A stretch of DNA of 64,000 nucleotides from Tubulanus polymorphus (GCF_964204645.1 NC_134028.1:19413653-19477652), one strand, 5' to 3'; positions 11,313-21,694 are shown, counted from the first letter of the stretch. Notes: generated by a model not told the origin, from the letters alone. Numbers and translations are program-made.

Positions 11313-12428
11313 ATGATGAAAAAAGAACAATATTTAAGAGCGTTATATTACAACCCAGAAAGTGAAGTATCATATTCTAACGTTTCAGAATTATGGAATA
11401 AAATTAAATCTGATAATAGCAATGGTGCCGTACGGCACCCACACGGTGATATAAAATATAGTGAATTAAAATCATGGTTACAAAATCAACCCACATATCA
11501 AATTCATAAAAAGATGGATAAAAAATATTTAACAAGAAAAGTAATGGTTTCATATATTGACCAACAATGGCAAGCTGATTTAATTGATATGAAAAACTTA
11601 GAAGAATATAACAAAGGATATTTTTGGATACTGAATGTTATAGATATATTCAGTAGATACGCATGGAGTATCCCGATTAAAAATAAAACTGGTATAGAAG
11701 TTACAAATTCTTTCAAATTAATATTTAAAGAAGCTATCCCAGATAAAATACAATTTGATGAAGGTAAAGAATTTTATAACAAACATTTTAAAAAACTATT
11801 AACTGATAACGATGTAGAATATTTTTCAACACATTCAGATAAAAAAGCATCTGTTATAGAAAGATTTAATAAAACATTGAAAACTAGAATGTGGAAATAT
11901 TTTACTGCTAACGAAACATATAAATATATCAATGTATTAGATGATTTAGTTAAAGGTTATAATAATTCAAAACATAGTTCTATAAATATGAAACCTATAC
12001 AAGCTAGAAAAGAAGAAAATTCAGAAATAGTTTGGAATAATTTATATGGAGCATTTGTTACACATGATTTTGGAGAACCTAAATTTAAAATAGGACAACA
12101 TGTTAGAATTTCTAAATATCGAAAAACATTTTATAAAGGTTATACCCCAAATTTTACTGAAGAAATATTTAAAATTAAAAAGATAATATTAACTAAACCA
12201 TTTGTTTATAAATTGTTTGATTTAAAAGATGAAGAAATATTAGGTTATTTTTATGAACAAGAATTATCATTAGTACCAAATCCAGATGAAATAGAATACA
12301 AAATAGAAAAAGTATTGAAAACAAAAACATTACGCGGTAAGAAATATTCTCTGGTGAAATATAAAGGATATGATGATAAATTTAATGAATGGATTTTATC
12401 TAGTAAAATTAAAAGAATAAATGAATAA
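11313..12428 (+). CDS. Retroviral-like (rve/DDE) integrase with C-terminal chromodomain-like region
   Basis: WQADLIDM, IDIFSRYAW, IQFDEGKEF, ASVIERFNKTLK; C-terminal YKIEKVLK...LVKYKGYDDKFNEWI. Confidence 0.95.
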   Translation: MMKKEQYLRALYYNPESEVSYSNVSELWNKIKSDNSNGAVRHPHGDIKYSELKSWLQNQPTYQIHKKMDKKYLTRKVMVSYIDQQWQADLIDMKNLEEYNKGYFWILNVIDIFSRYAWSIPIKNKTGIEVTNSFKLIFKEAIPDKIQFDEGKEFYNKHFKKLLTDNDVEYFSTHSDKKASVIERFNKTLKTRMWKYFTANETYKYINVLDDLVKGYNNSKHSSINMKPIQARKEENSEIVWNNLYGAFVTHDFGEPKFKIGQHVRISKYRKTFYKGYTPNFTEEIFKIKKIILTKPFVYKLFDLKDEEILGYFYEQELSLVPNPDEIEYKIEKVLKTKTLRGKKYSLVKYKGYDDKFNEWILSSKIKRINE

Positions 12429-13035
12429 AGATTTATTTATATTTGAACCTCATAATATGTTAGTTACTGGAGTTACAAATTGTGGTTAAACACACTTCAT
12501 ATTATATTTATTAGAAACTATTTATAAGAATCATTTCGATAATATAATATTATTCTGCCCAACTTATGAAATGAATGAAACGTATAATAGAGATATAGTT
12601 TTTAAAGATAAAAAGTTTATTATATTAAATTCTAAAACAGTGAAAGATAATTTAGATAATTGTATAAAAATTGCATTAGATATTTATAAAGGATCAAATA
12701 CATTATTTATTATTGATGATTGCGCAAATTTACATGATTCTAAAATTAGAGAAAGTGAGTTATGTTATTTAGCTTTCTCTGGTAGACATTTTGGGATAAC
12801 AACATGGGTTTTAAATCAGAAATATAATTCAATTGTGAAAGATTTTAGAGAGAATATAAGATTTCTAGTTTTATTCTACAACAAAGATAGAAAATCTATG
12901 CAACAATCATTGGAAGAAAATCAAATTATACCTCCTGAATTACATGATGAATATATGAATAAATTAAAGAATAATAAAGGTTCCAAATTATTAATGAGAT
13001 TACAATTTCCATATGAATATAAATTTATAAAATAA
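12421..13035 (+). pseudogene. A32/FtsK-like genome-packaging ATPase with a stop codon in Walker A
   Basis: ATG 12421 reads MNKDLFIFEPHNMLVTGVTNCG*THF (TAA at 12487-12489), in frame with ORF 12571-13035 carrying LFIIDD (Walker B) and GRHFGITTWVLNQKY. Confidence 0.9.
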
Positions 13036-13079
13036 CTATTTCTATATCTATGTATTAGATATGTATTAGATATGTATTA

Positions 13080-13626
13080 TATACCTCCCCCTAATGTCTT
13101 TATTATCTTTAGTACTTTAGTACTTTTAGTACATAAAGAATAAATCTTTATTTTATTAATACTTTAAAAATAAAATAGAACTACTAAACTACTAAAGATA
13201 ATATAGACATAACAAACACACATAGATTTATTATTACTGAATCAAATATATATAATAAATATGTTAGATAAATAAATCTATGATATTTATTACATCTATA
13301 TGTGTTTGTTATATCTTTATTATATTTTATACTTTTAGTACATAAAGAATAAATATATAAATAATTTTTATAAATGATAAATCTATGATATATATAATAA
13401 ATATGTGTGATAAATAGATTTAATTATTGAAACAGTAATATATAAAATCCATCAGATGAATAAATATAATTATTGAAACAGTGTTATATATATATTTATG
13501 TCTTTATTGTCTTTAGTAGTTTAGTAGTTTTAAAAATAATTTTATTCACTACTTATAAAATAAAGATTTATTCTTTATGTACTAAAAGTACTAAACTACT
13601 AAAGACAATAAAGACACAAGGGGTAT
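13080..13626. repeat. Internal AT-rich inverted repeat between the two convergent gene blocks
   Basis: ~13085-13212 pairs with ~13497-13626 (e.g. TTTAGTACTTTTAGTACATAAAGAATAAATCTTTATTTTA vs TAAAATAAAGATTTATTCTTTATGTACTAAAAGTACTAAA). Confidence 0.8.
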
Positions 13627-13643
13627 TATATTCATATTTTAAA

Positions 13644-14843
13644 TTACTTTTCTGATTCTAATTCTGAAAACAATTTGCTCCATGCATCTCTTAATTCTTG
13701 CGATCTTCTTTCACCTAACAGTTTAAAATGATAACCATTACCATTCAAACCCTTAACCCAGAATTCATAAGTTAAATAAATATATTGGTTTAATTTGTCT
13801 TCACTTATATTTTTATATTCATTTTTTGCTTCATTTCTTATTTTATTTATAACATCCTGTGAAAAATCTTCATAACTGTAGTATTGAATTATTTCATCAA
13901 AGTTATCACTTATATTATCATTAGCAGCAACTTTTTTCAATTCTGTTAAAAAATCTCTACTTTTAAATTTGATGAAATAATATATACCCCAATAATTATT
14001 TAGATCAATTTTTATAATCGCCCGATAAATTTTAATATCTGATAATACTTGTTTTGGATTATTTCTTACATAATCGATAAAAATTGATCTATATAATTTC
14101 CTATGATCATTATTTTCGATATCAAAAAATACACTTGGTACTCTATAAAGGATATTTAAATCAGCAGCTTTTATTGTATGTTCAAAAGAATTATCATGTT
14201 TAATTCTATCTTTAGGTAATACAACAACATTACACTTTTCACATATATTTCTTTCTATATTATCCAAATGTATCTGTGTTAATTTATGCTTTGAAAAATT
14301 ACTACGACTTGTATATTTATCACATTCTTCACAATATTTATCTTCTTTAACATTATCATTATCAATTTCACTATCATTATCATTATTCTTATTTTTCTTA
14401 TGCTTGAGTGAATTAAGATGAGTTGCCCAATTCTTATAACTTTTATACTGTTTACATACGTCACAATATTTTTCATTTATCTTTTTTGATTCAATATCAT
14501 ATGTTGTAGAGGGTATATTATAAGATATATATCCTGTTACATCTTCTATTTTATATTCAATATCATTCTTATCTTCTACTTTAGTTTCAATATTATTACT
14601 ATCTTCTATTTTAGTTTCAATATTATCTTCTATTTTATATTCAATATCATTCTTATCTTCTATTTTAGGTTCAATATTATCTTCTATTTTTGTTTCAATA
14701 TTCTTATCTATTTTACTTATTCTATATTTGAATTGATTAAAGTAATCTCCAAAATACTTACTGTATTCATCATAAGGTAATATATAATATATATCTGATA
14801 TCATTTCACTTGGAGTTTGTATTTCATATATTCCACCTTCCAT
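13644..14843 (-). CDS. Zinc-finger protein (three CxxC...H...H fingers) with KIED repeats (399 aa)
   Basis: YCDVCKQY...HLNSLKH, YCEECDKY...HKLTQIH, CEKC...HDNSFEH; tandem IE(T/Y)KIED units. Confidence 0.8.
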   Translation of the reverse strand: MEGGIYEIQTPSEMISDIYYILPYDEYSKYFGDYFNQFKYRISKIDKNIETKIEDNIEPKIEDKNDIEYKIEDNIETKIEDSNNIETKVEDKNDIEYKIEDVTGYISYNIPSTTYDIESKKINEKYCDVCKQYKSYKNWATHLNSLKHKKNKNNDNDSEIDNDNVKEDKYCEECDKYTSRSNFSKHKLTQIHLDNIERNICEKCNVVVLPKDRIKHDNSFEHTIKAADLNILYRVPSVFFDIENNDHRKLYRSIFIDYVRNNPKQVLSDIKIYRAIIKIDLNNYWGIYYFIKFKSRDFLTELKKVAANDNISDNFDEIIQYYSYEDFSQDVINKIRNEAKNEYKNISEDKLNQYIYLTYEFWVKGLNGNGYHFKLLGERRSQELRDAWSKLFSELESEK

Positions 14844-14873
14844 TTAATATAAGATTTTTTATTAGTTAAAATT

Positions 14874-16121
14874 TTAATACATAACACTATCTAATTGTGA
14901 ATTTACAATATTTAATTGCGCGTCAGATATAATATAAATATGCATTTTAAAATTTTTGATTCCTTTATTCTTTGTCATGAATAATTGTATTCCATCTTTA
15001 GTGTTCTGTAGTTTTTTTCCAGAACCATGTAATGAATTATCCTCTGTTGTTCTAAAATCTAACCATAATGCATATTTATTACCGGTATAATAATCAATTT
15101 GATTAATATTACAATTTTCAAATGATTTTACTTTTTCATTCATAAAATGTTTTTTAATTTCTACCCATTGATCAATCATTCTCATTCCTTGACAAAATAT
15201 TTTATTCGCTATTCCTTCGATAGTTATTTCTACTTTTGTTATTTCAGGATTATAATAATTATCAACATTTATTGCACCATTAGAATATGTTGCAATAGTA
15301 AAAAATATTAATATACCTTTAATAGATCTTCTAGGAAAGTTAATATTCTCATTAATTATTTCATCATTTGCATTAATAGTTACAGTTTTAAATTTATCAA
15401 TATAATCATATAATAATGAAAACCCTTGATTGTATTGAGTTTGAATTATACTTGAAATATTTTCATCAGTTACTGTATCATATTCTAAACATATATTCGA
15501 TAATTTATAACTCATATCTTTATTAACGCTAGATAATACAATTTCATTTACAGGAGCAAATGTTATCTCAAATATAATATCTTCTTGAATTGCGTATTTA
15601 TATAAAGGTGCATTATTATTTATCAATTCAAAGTCTAATGGAATTTTATATTTGCTTCCATATATACTTTTTATCAATTTATCTACATCATTAGTTAATA
15701 TTGCGCTATTAGCTTCTGATCTTAATTTATTTTGGTTTTCTGATTGAATACCCTGAAATATCATATTATTTCTATTTTCTTTAGTTAACCATAAATCTTT
15801 ATAATGTGAAAATAAATTATAATCATCTAATGAGAAAACTGTTTCTGGACCAATCTTTATTGTTAACTTTTTAATCAAATATCTTCCAACATTATCAACA
15901 ACATAATTATTATTATTACCGATTACTTTTATATCGGCTGATAAATAAATACTATTTGGAACATAAAAAGTATTTTGTGTTAATCGAGGGATTCTAACAT
16001 ATAAAGTTTCATCGGGATTAATATTTGAAGGGTTATGAGTAATTATATGATGTGATCTTTCTGCTTTAATAGCATTAGATATTCTATGATTCTTCGAAGG
16101 ACTTATATAACTCCCACTCAT
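14874..16121 (-). CDS. Probable major capsid protein (double jelly-roll type)
   Basis: 415 aa, beta-strand-rich pattern, motifs NPSNINPDETLYVRIP, NICLEYD, SIKGILIFF, ALWLDFRT...LHGSG that I associate with invertebrate Polinton/adintovirus capsids; fold not verified. Confidence 0.78.
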   Translation of the reverse strand: MSGSYISPSKNHRISNAIKAERSHHIITHNPSNINPDETLYVRIPRLTQNTFYVPNSIYLSADIKVIGNNNNYVVDNVGRYLIKKLTIKIGPETVFSLDDYNLFSHYKDLWLTKENRNNMIFQGIQSENQNKLRSEANSAILTNDVDKLIKSIYGSKYKIPLDFELINNNAPLYKYAIQEDIIFEITFAPVNEIVLSSVNKDMSYKLSNICLEYDTVTDENISSIIQTQYNQGFSLLYDYIDKFKTVTINANDEIINENINFPRRSIKGILIFFTIATYSNGAINVDNYYNPEITKVEITIEGIANKIFCQGMRMIDQWVEIKKHFMNEKVKSFENCNINQIDYYTGNKYALWLDFRTTEDNSLHGSGKKLQNTKDGIQLFMTKNKGIKNFKMHIYIISDAQLNIVNSQLDSVMY

Positions 16122-16162
16122 TTATTTAACAAAAAAAATTAATTATTTATTTTTAATCATGT

Positions 16163-17644
16163 TTACTTGATATTTTTTGATATCATATTTACTAAACCAA
16201 AAATAATAGCACTTACAACTGTAATTAAAAATAAAATAATATGTTCAGCAGCAAAGTTAATAATGTTTCCTGCTGATTTCAATATAAAACCAACAATTGA
16301 AGCAATAACTCCTGGTAAAGCTGCAGCAGATTTCTTTGATAGTTCCCATAAATATTTTGCTAATTTCTTTAAACCATCCTTAACTTTATCTTGTATAGAA
16401 TTATTACCTGGAGGTTTATCTGGTTTATTGGGAGTAGGAGTAGATTTTAAAGCATTTGATATTGCTAAACCAATTGTTGTAAATAACATAGTTACAGCTG
16501 TTACAATTGAAAGAATTGTTATACCTTCTAATTTAAATAATAATCTTATTCTGTCTTTTAATGATATTTCAGAATTTGGTTTAATCAACAAATCTTTAAA
16601 AATAACTTTTAATCTATTAATATTATAATCATATGATTTTAACAATGTATCTCTTTCTTCTTTTTGTAATTCTTTGTTATATTTTAAATCATCTATTTCT
16701 TTTTCTAAACGTAATTCTTTTTGCTTATATTCTATTTCATCAATTACTTGATGATCTAAATCAGACATTAATTGTTCTATTTCTTTATTTTTATCACTTA
16801 ATTCTTTTTCTAAAGTTCTAATTTTAATATCTCTTATACTTTTATTATGTACAATTTTATCAGCTTCATTTCTTATACTGATAATTTCTCTAATTGCTTT
16901 ATCAGAAAATATACTTAAAGCTTCTATTTCTTGATCTGTTGCATCAAGTAATCCATTCGGTAAAAGTTTTTCAGTTTGAACTTCAGTGTTTGATTTAAGT
17001 TTACTAGTTTTGGAAGTTATATTCTGTTCAGAAGTTGTTTCTGTTTCTAAATTATTATCGATTGTTTCAAATAATTCATTAATTCTTTGTTTAAATACTC
17101 TTTTATTTTTAATAATTTCTTCTTGTGTTACATCTTCTATTTCATTACTATTTCTTATTCTCTTAATTCTAGATAGTAATGAGTCAGACTTAAGCAAAGT
17201 TGATTTTGCTAATATTTTTTCTTCTTTTTCATAAGAGATATCAATATAATAATCATCTTTCAAACGATAATAATATTCACCATCTAAAAACTTTAATTCT
17301 TGTACTAAAAGTCTGGCACCTCTGTAATTTATATTATATCCAGAATCTTTAAATACATATTGAAACTTATATATAAATCCAATATTTTCTAAATCTTCCT
17401 TTTTTAAACCTTGATTTTCATTTTCAGGATTTATTCTCGATCTAGTTCTTCTATCAAATTCATCTGTTGATGGGGCTTTAGAACCACTATCTGCTAAATT
17501 AGAATTATATGCTGATTCATCATCATTATCAATATTAGTTTCATTAAGATTAGCGCCTGCATCATTATAATCATCATCAATATATCCTTCATTATTATTT
17601 CCCATGTCATCCAATGGAATATCTTCTCCACCTTCTACATCCAT
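16163..17644 (-). CDS. Acidic N-terminus / coiled-coil / C-terminal multi-helix membrane protein (493 aa)
   Basis: Heptad-rich middle; hydrophobic ITILSIVTAVTMLFTTIGLAI, AAALPGVIASIVGFIL and IILFLITVVSAIIFGLV. Confidence 0.8.
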   Translation of the reverse strand: MDVEGGEDIPLDDMGNNNEGYIDDDYNDAGANLNETNIDNDDESAYNSNLADSGSKAPSTDEFDRRTRSRINPENENQGLKKEDLENIGFIYKFQYVFKDSGYNINYRGARLLVQELKFLDGEYYYRLKDDYYIDISYEKEEKILAKSTLLKSDSLLSRIKRIRNSNEIEDVTQEEIIKNKRVFKQRINELFETIDNNLETETTSEQNITSKTSKLKSNTEVQTEKLLPNGLLDATDQEIEALSIFSDKAIREIISIRNEADKIVHNKSIRDIKIRTLEKELSDKNKEIEQLMSDLDHQVIDEIEYKQKELRLEKEIDDLKYNKELQKEERDTLLKSYDYNINRLKVIFKDLLIKPNSEISLKDRIRLLFKLEGITILSIVTAVTMLFTTIGLAISNALKSTPTPNKPDKPPGNNSIQDKVKDGLKKLAKYLWELSKKSAAALPGVIASIVGFILKSAGNIINFAAEHIILFLITVVSAIIFGLVNMISKNIK

Positions 17645-17660
17645 TTACATAATAAAAAAA

Positions 17661-19049
17661 TTAAAATTTAAAATATAATATTCCTCCGATTACAATTCCT
17701 ATACAAGTTATAGCTAATTTAGTATTTTCATGTGATTTATTATCATCATTTAGTTTAATTATATCATGTTGAATTTTATCAGTTTTTATATTTTCTGATG
17801 TATTATAATCTTTTATTTTAGAATCATTAACCAATTTAATATTCTTAGTTTTAGTTTCAGTTGATTGAATATGTTTTTTATTTTTTTCACCTTCCATTAA
17901 TTTTGGAGCAGTAATAATCTTTTTATTTATATCATTTAACCCAAATGAATTATTTATTGTTGCAGTTTTAATTAGATTATTATAACCAATTATATTTCCC
18001 ATCTTCAATACTAAATCATTAGAAATAATTAATAGATTAGGGCCTATACAATAATTAAGTCTTACATGAGATTTATCTAAATAATTTTGATATCTTATAA
18101 TGTTTTCTGGAATCGATCTATTTTTATCATTATGTATGGAATCTTCAAATAATACTTTAAATTGTTTTTGTGTATCGAATGATGTATTCAAATTTCGAAT
18201 TATCGGTGATCTTGTTTCAACTTGCGCACCTAAAATACAAATTAAATAAGTTCTAATAGATTGATTTATTCTTTCTATACCTGATTTAGTAAAACCTTCA
18301 CTATTTTCTAAAATAAAATAAACCCAACCATTATTGTTTTCTTGTTTTAAATGATCATAAAATTTCGGTAATTTATTGAAATTTAATGTTTCTAAATCCT
18401 TTGTTTCTATTTTACCATAACCTAATTCATTATTATAGATATTATAAAAACTATTAGATGGTATGGGAAGTGCACAATATTCTGCAATCTTTCTAGGGCA
18501 TGGAAGTGATCTTATTGTTCCAATTTTTGTTCTAAAATCAGAATTATTTATATCTATATTAAATTCATTGCAAATTTTATAAAACTTTGATAAATTAATA
18601 TTATTATCTAATTCTTTGAAATACCTAGATCCTGGTAAAGCGCACTCTAATTCATTTAATATTATTCTGATTTGAAAGTATGTATGAAATCTAAATAAAC
18701 TTTGAATTAATTTATATTTAGAATTATTCAAATGATCATTCCAACTAATTCCACATCCTGTTGTTGCACAATAAACAGCAAAATTTAATTGATTCTGCCA
18801 ATACTTCATATTAGATTTTAATAACCATTGTTTTTCATCTTTCAATTTTTTAAAATTAATTAAATATACATGAAATATATTTTCCATCTTTGCATTAAAA
18901 TTATTAGTTTCAGTAACATAAATATATAAATCAATTAATGAATCTAAAACTTCATTTCTATATGTAATATCTTCATTAAAATCTATTGCTGGAATATTAT
19001 ATTTAATTGATTTATTATATTGGAAAGCTTTTGGAAAACTATCTACCAT
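17661..19049 (-). CDS. Polinton hypothetical protein with C-terminal membrane anchor (462 aa)
   Basis: Intact ORF; WQNQLNFAVYCATTGCGIS and SIRTYLICILGAQ blocks; terminal LAITCIGIVIGGILYF. Confidence 0.8.
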   Translation of the reverse strand: MVDSFPKAFQYNKSIKYNIPAIDFNEDITYRNEVLDSLIDLYIYVTETNNFNAKMENIFHVYLINFKKLKDEKQWLLKSNMKYWQNQLNFAVYCATTGCGISWNDHLNNSKYKLIQSLFRFHTYFQIRIILNELECALPGSRYFKELDNNINLSKFYKICNEFNIDINNSDFRTKIGTIRSLPCPRKIAEYCALPIPSNSFYNIYNNELGYGKIETKDLETLNFNKLPKFYDHLKQENNNGWVYFILENSEGFTKSGIERINQSIRTYLICILGAQVETRSPIIRNLNTSFDTQKQFKVLFEDSIHNDKNRSIPENIIRYQNYLDKSHVRLNYCIGPNLLIISNDLVLKMGNIIGYNNLIKTATINNSFGLNDINKKIITAPKLMEGEKNKKHIQSTETKTKNIKLVNDSKIKDYNTSENIKTDKIQHDIIKLNDDNKSHENTKLAITCIGIVIGGILYFKF

Positions 19050-19065
19050 TTATATAACTAAAAGA

Positions 19066-19500
19066 TTAATAATCAACTAATTCTTTTAATAATTTATCTT
19101 GTTCTTCAACTGTTATATGACCATTTAAACTTATTATATAATCTAGTGTGTTCTTTAATTTATTAATTTCTTTTATATTAGTTTTAATTTTTTCTTTATT
19201 ACTTTTTATATTTAATTTTGAACTTATACCAGTTAAAACACTTGAACTTAATCCTAATACACCAATTGATATAGCTAAAGGTGTTAATGGACTGAATATT
19301 GCTAAAAATGTTATTACAGAACTAATTGTAACCGAACCACTTATAATCAAATAATATATAATTTTACTTTTTAAATATTTTTTCTTTTTTATCTTTAAGT
19401 CACTTTCAAATTCTAATATTTGTTTTTCTAAATATGTTTTTAATTTAGTTTTATTTATATCATGAGGAATAATATCAATACTATCAACTTTATCTTCCAT
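19066..19500 (-). CDS. Two-TM small membrane protein (144 aa)
   Basis: Two adjacent hydrophobic helices between coiled segments. Confidence 0.75.
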   Translation of the reverse strand: MEDKVDSIDIIPHDINKTKLKTYLEKQILEFESDLKIKKKKYLKSKIIYYLIISGSVTISSVITFLAIFSPLTPLAISIGVLGLSSSVLTGISSKLNIKSNKEKIKTNIKEINKLKNTLDYIISLNGHITVEEQDKLLKELVDY

Positions 19501-19519
19501 TTATTTAGAATAAAAATTA

Positions 19520-19942
19520 CTAATTAGTAAACTTATAAGCAACAAATATAACAATAACTGTTCCACCTAAAATCCATATTATTTCATATTTCTGTTGTTC
19601 TTTACTTGGGGTATAATAATCTGATAATTTAGGTTTGTATAGATGTAATTTTTCTTTATTTGTTACTGCGTTATATAAACTCATTGCATCATCAACTGAT
19701 TGAAAATCTCTATGTGAAATCTTCTGATCATATAATTCTTTATTGATGTAATCCATATAGTTTTGTCTCTTTTCTCTATATTCTTCTGCAGCTTTATTGT
19801 ATTTCTCTAACGCTAAGTTATGTCTTCTCTGTTCTCCTAATGAACTATTTTTATCAATATGTTTAAATAAATAACCACCACCAGTAAATGCTAAAGCGTT
19901 AACAATTGCCGATCCTATAATAGTTATAATTGCAGAAGCCAT
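19520..19942 (-). CDS. Small membrane protein with hydrophobic N- and C-termini (140 aa)
   Basis: MASAIITIIGSAIVNALAFTGGGYLF ... IIWILGGTVIVIFVAY. Confidence 0.78.
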   Translation of the reverse strand: MASAIITIIGSAIVNALAFTGGGYLFKHIDKNSSLGEQRRHNLALEKYNKAAEEYREKRQNYMDYINKELYDQKISHRDFQSVDDAMSLYNAVTNKEKLHLYKPKLSDYYTPSKEQQKYEIIWILGGTVIVIFVAYKFTN

Positions 19943-19966
19943 TTATTTAGCAAAAAAATTATGCAT

Positions 19967-20187
19967 TTATATGGGAGGAATATATTTTTGTTTTTCCAAA
20001 TAATCAATAGTTAAATTAGATAAAGTAACTGCTAATGTTAACTTTAAAATATCACTATATCAAATCTATCAACATTAACACTTCCCATTTTGAATACTTT
20101 TTTTAATACCATTGAATAACCAACCGTTCCAACTGATAGTAATGCGCCATTATATAATCCAGTTATTATCCACTTATTATCACTCAT
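19967..20187 (-). pseudogene. Small hydrophobic ORF absent from the ORF track, apparently frameshifted near 20055
   Basis: TAAATG start at 20187 reads MSDNKWIITGLYNGALLSVGTVGYSMVLKKVFKMGSVNVDRFDI, then continues in another frame as DILKLTLAVTLSNLTIDYLEKQKYIPPI*; fills the gap between neighbours. Confidence 0.65.
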
Positions 20188-20190
20188 TTA

Positions 20191-20529
20191 TTAATCAAAA
20201 AAATTACTATCTTCAAAATATTTAGTTAACTTATTTATGATTAATTCAACATTTATTTTATTACTAGTTTTATGATTATCATATATTTTGGATAATATGT
20301 TTTTAATATCTTCAATAATTCCATCTTCATTTAATTCATAATATTCTAAAGGTGATTTAATTAAATCAATTACTTTTTCTATATTATACTTTTCTTTATC
20401 AATCATTGATGCATTGTTAAATGATTTACTTTTTATATCAGTAATTACATCATTTAGTTTAATTCTCATTTCTTTACCATGTTTAAAATCAAATCCAAAA
20501 CATATACTCGGTCCAACAGTTATATTCAT
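20191..20529 (-). CDS. Polinton hypothetical protein (112 aa)
   Basis: Intact ORF, TAAATG start, tightly packed. Confidence 0.7.
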   Translation of the reverse strand: MNITVGPSICFGFDFKHGKEMRIKLNDVITDIKSKSFNNASMIDKEKYNIEKVIDLIKSPLEYYELNEDGIIEDIKNILSKIYDNHKTSNKINVELIINKLTKYFEDSNFFD

Positions 20530-20545
20530 TTATATAATGAAAAAA

Positions 20546-21307
20546 TTACTCTTTACATCTTATAACTAATTCATAAATTACAGGAAAATTATTTAAATCA
20601 ATTAAGTATCCATTATGATTTCTAATTTCTAATCTAAAATTATTAAAATGAGGAATGCAAGGTTTGAAATCACATTCTGTTAAATTATAATTTATTTGCG
20701 TTCCAAATTCTTTAACATTCTTCAATGGTAAAATGTTTAGTAAACCAGAATTACAAGTTATATCTTTAGTTGCTTCGAATGTTTTTGTAGGATCGATTAA
20801 ATTGCAATAAATATAAAAATGTGTGTAAGGTATTAAGTTTGGTGTAGTAGCGTCAATATTTGTAAAAGATCTATCTGGAATAATTCCTAACAGTTTAGCT
20901 ATAGGTTTTTTTACCATAAATTTATGTTTTTCACTATTAGACAACCTTATCTTTATTCTATCAGAACTCTCATTTTTTAAAAATATAATACTAAACCCAG
21001 AACTACTACCTAATTTGTGCCAGGCTTTTCTATTAATTTCTTGTGCTAATGTATCTAAATTATATAACCCTGGTTTTAAATATATATAGACCCATTCATT
21101 TTTATTTTTATTAAAAACTAAAAAGGCTCTATGTTCAATAGTTTTATTCGATATATTGTAAAAAGAATTACATAAACTTATATTTACTAATTTCAAATCT
21201 ACACAATTCTTGAATTCTCTATCTAATTGTACTAATAAATTATGTGATTTATAATTTGTAAGTTTTCTAGAATCAACAAATATTCTGTATTCTTTTAATT
21301 CCGCCAT
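20546..21307 (-). CDS. Probable minor capsid (penton, single jelly-roll) protein
   Basis: IFVDSR, LKPGLYNLDTL, FYIYCNLID, C-terminal FRLEIRNHNGYLIDLNNFPVIYELVI pattern typical of Polinton/virophage pentons. Confidence 0.78.
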   Translation of the reverse strand: MAELKEYRIFVDSRKLTNYKSHNLLVQLDREFKNCVDLKLVNISLCNSFYNISNKTIEHRAFLVFNKNKNEWVYIYLKPGLYNLDTLAQEINRKAWHKLGSSSGFSIIFLKNESSDRIKIRLSNSEKHKFMVKKPIAKLLGIIPDRSFTNIDATTPNLIPYTHFYIYCNLIDPTKTFEATKDITCNSGLLNILPLKNVKEFGTQINYNLTECDFKPCIPHFNNFRLEIRNHNGYLIDLNNFPVIYELVIRCKE

Positions 21308-21324
21308 TTATTTTACATATTTTC

Positions 21325-21666
21325 TTATTCGAAATCTATTTCATGGTGCCCTTTTTCATTCTTACCTTTGTATACGAAATAGAAATCTCCAGAACATAAT
21401 TCTTCTAGATCTTCACTTGATAATCTATGAAATCTATCTGGTAAATAAGTTCTGAATTTATATGTATTTCCTTTTAATCCTTCATATTCTAAATGAATTA
21501 CTAATTTATCTCCATATTTATTAGTAATTGTTTCAATGTTAGTAATTAAATATTTCTTGTGAATTGTTAACTCAGTTAGTTTTTTAAATTTATAATCTAC
21601 AGATTTGACGCTTGAAGTATCTTTAATTCTATCTAAGAATTCACTGTGTACTTGTTTACTCTCCAT
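21325..21666 (-). CDS. Small beta-rich protein next to PolB, possibly OB-fold/ssDNA-binding (113 aa)
   Basis: FKKLTEL...KYLIT...TNKYGDKLVIHL...YLPDRF...YKG; the function is inference. Confidence 0.6.
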   Translation of the reverse strand: MESKQVHSEFLDRIKDTSSVKSVDYKFKKLTELTIHKKYLITNIETITNKYGDKLVIHLEYEGLKGNTYKFRTYLPDRFHRLSSEDLEELCSGDFYFVYKGKNEKGHHEIDFE

Positions 21667-21694
21667 TTATTATACAAATTTTTATTGAAATTGA

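Noticed and set aside
11422-11432. TGGTGCCGT in the GC cassette matches the start of the BEL tRNA-His PBS
   Set aside because: Only 9 nt match and no LTR adjoins; probably chance.
16167-17234. Plus-strand ORFs inside the Polinton (also 19148-19354, 22168-22350)
   Set aside because: Antisense shadows of longer minus-strand genes; no TAAATG start or recognisable motifs.
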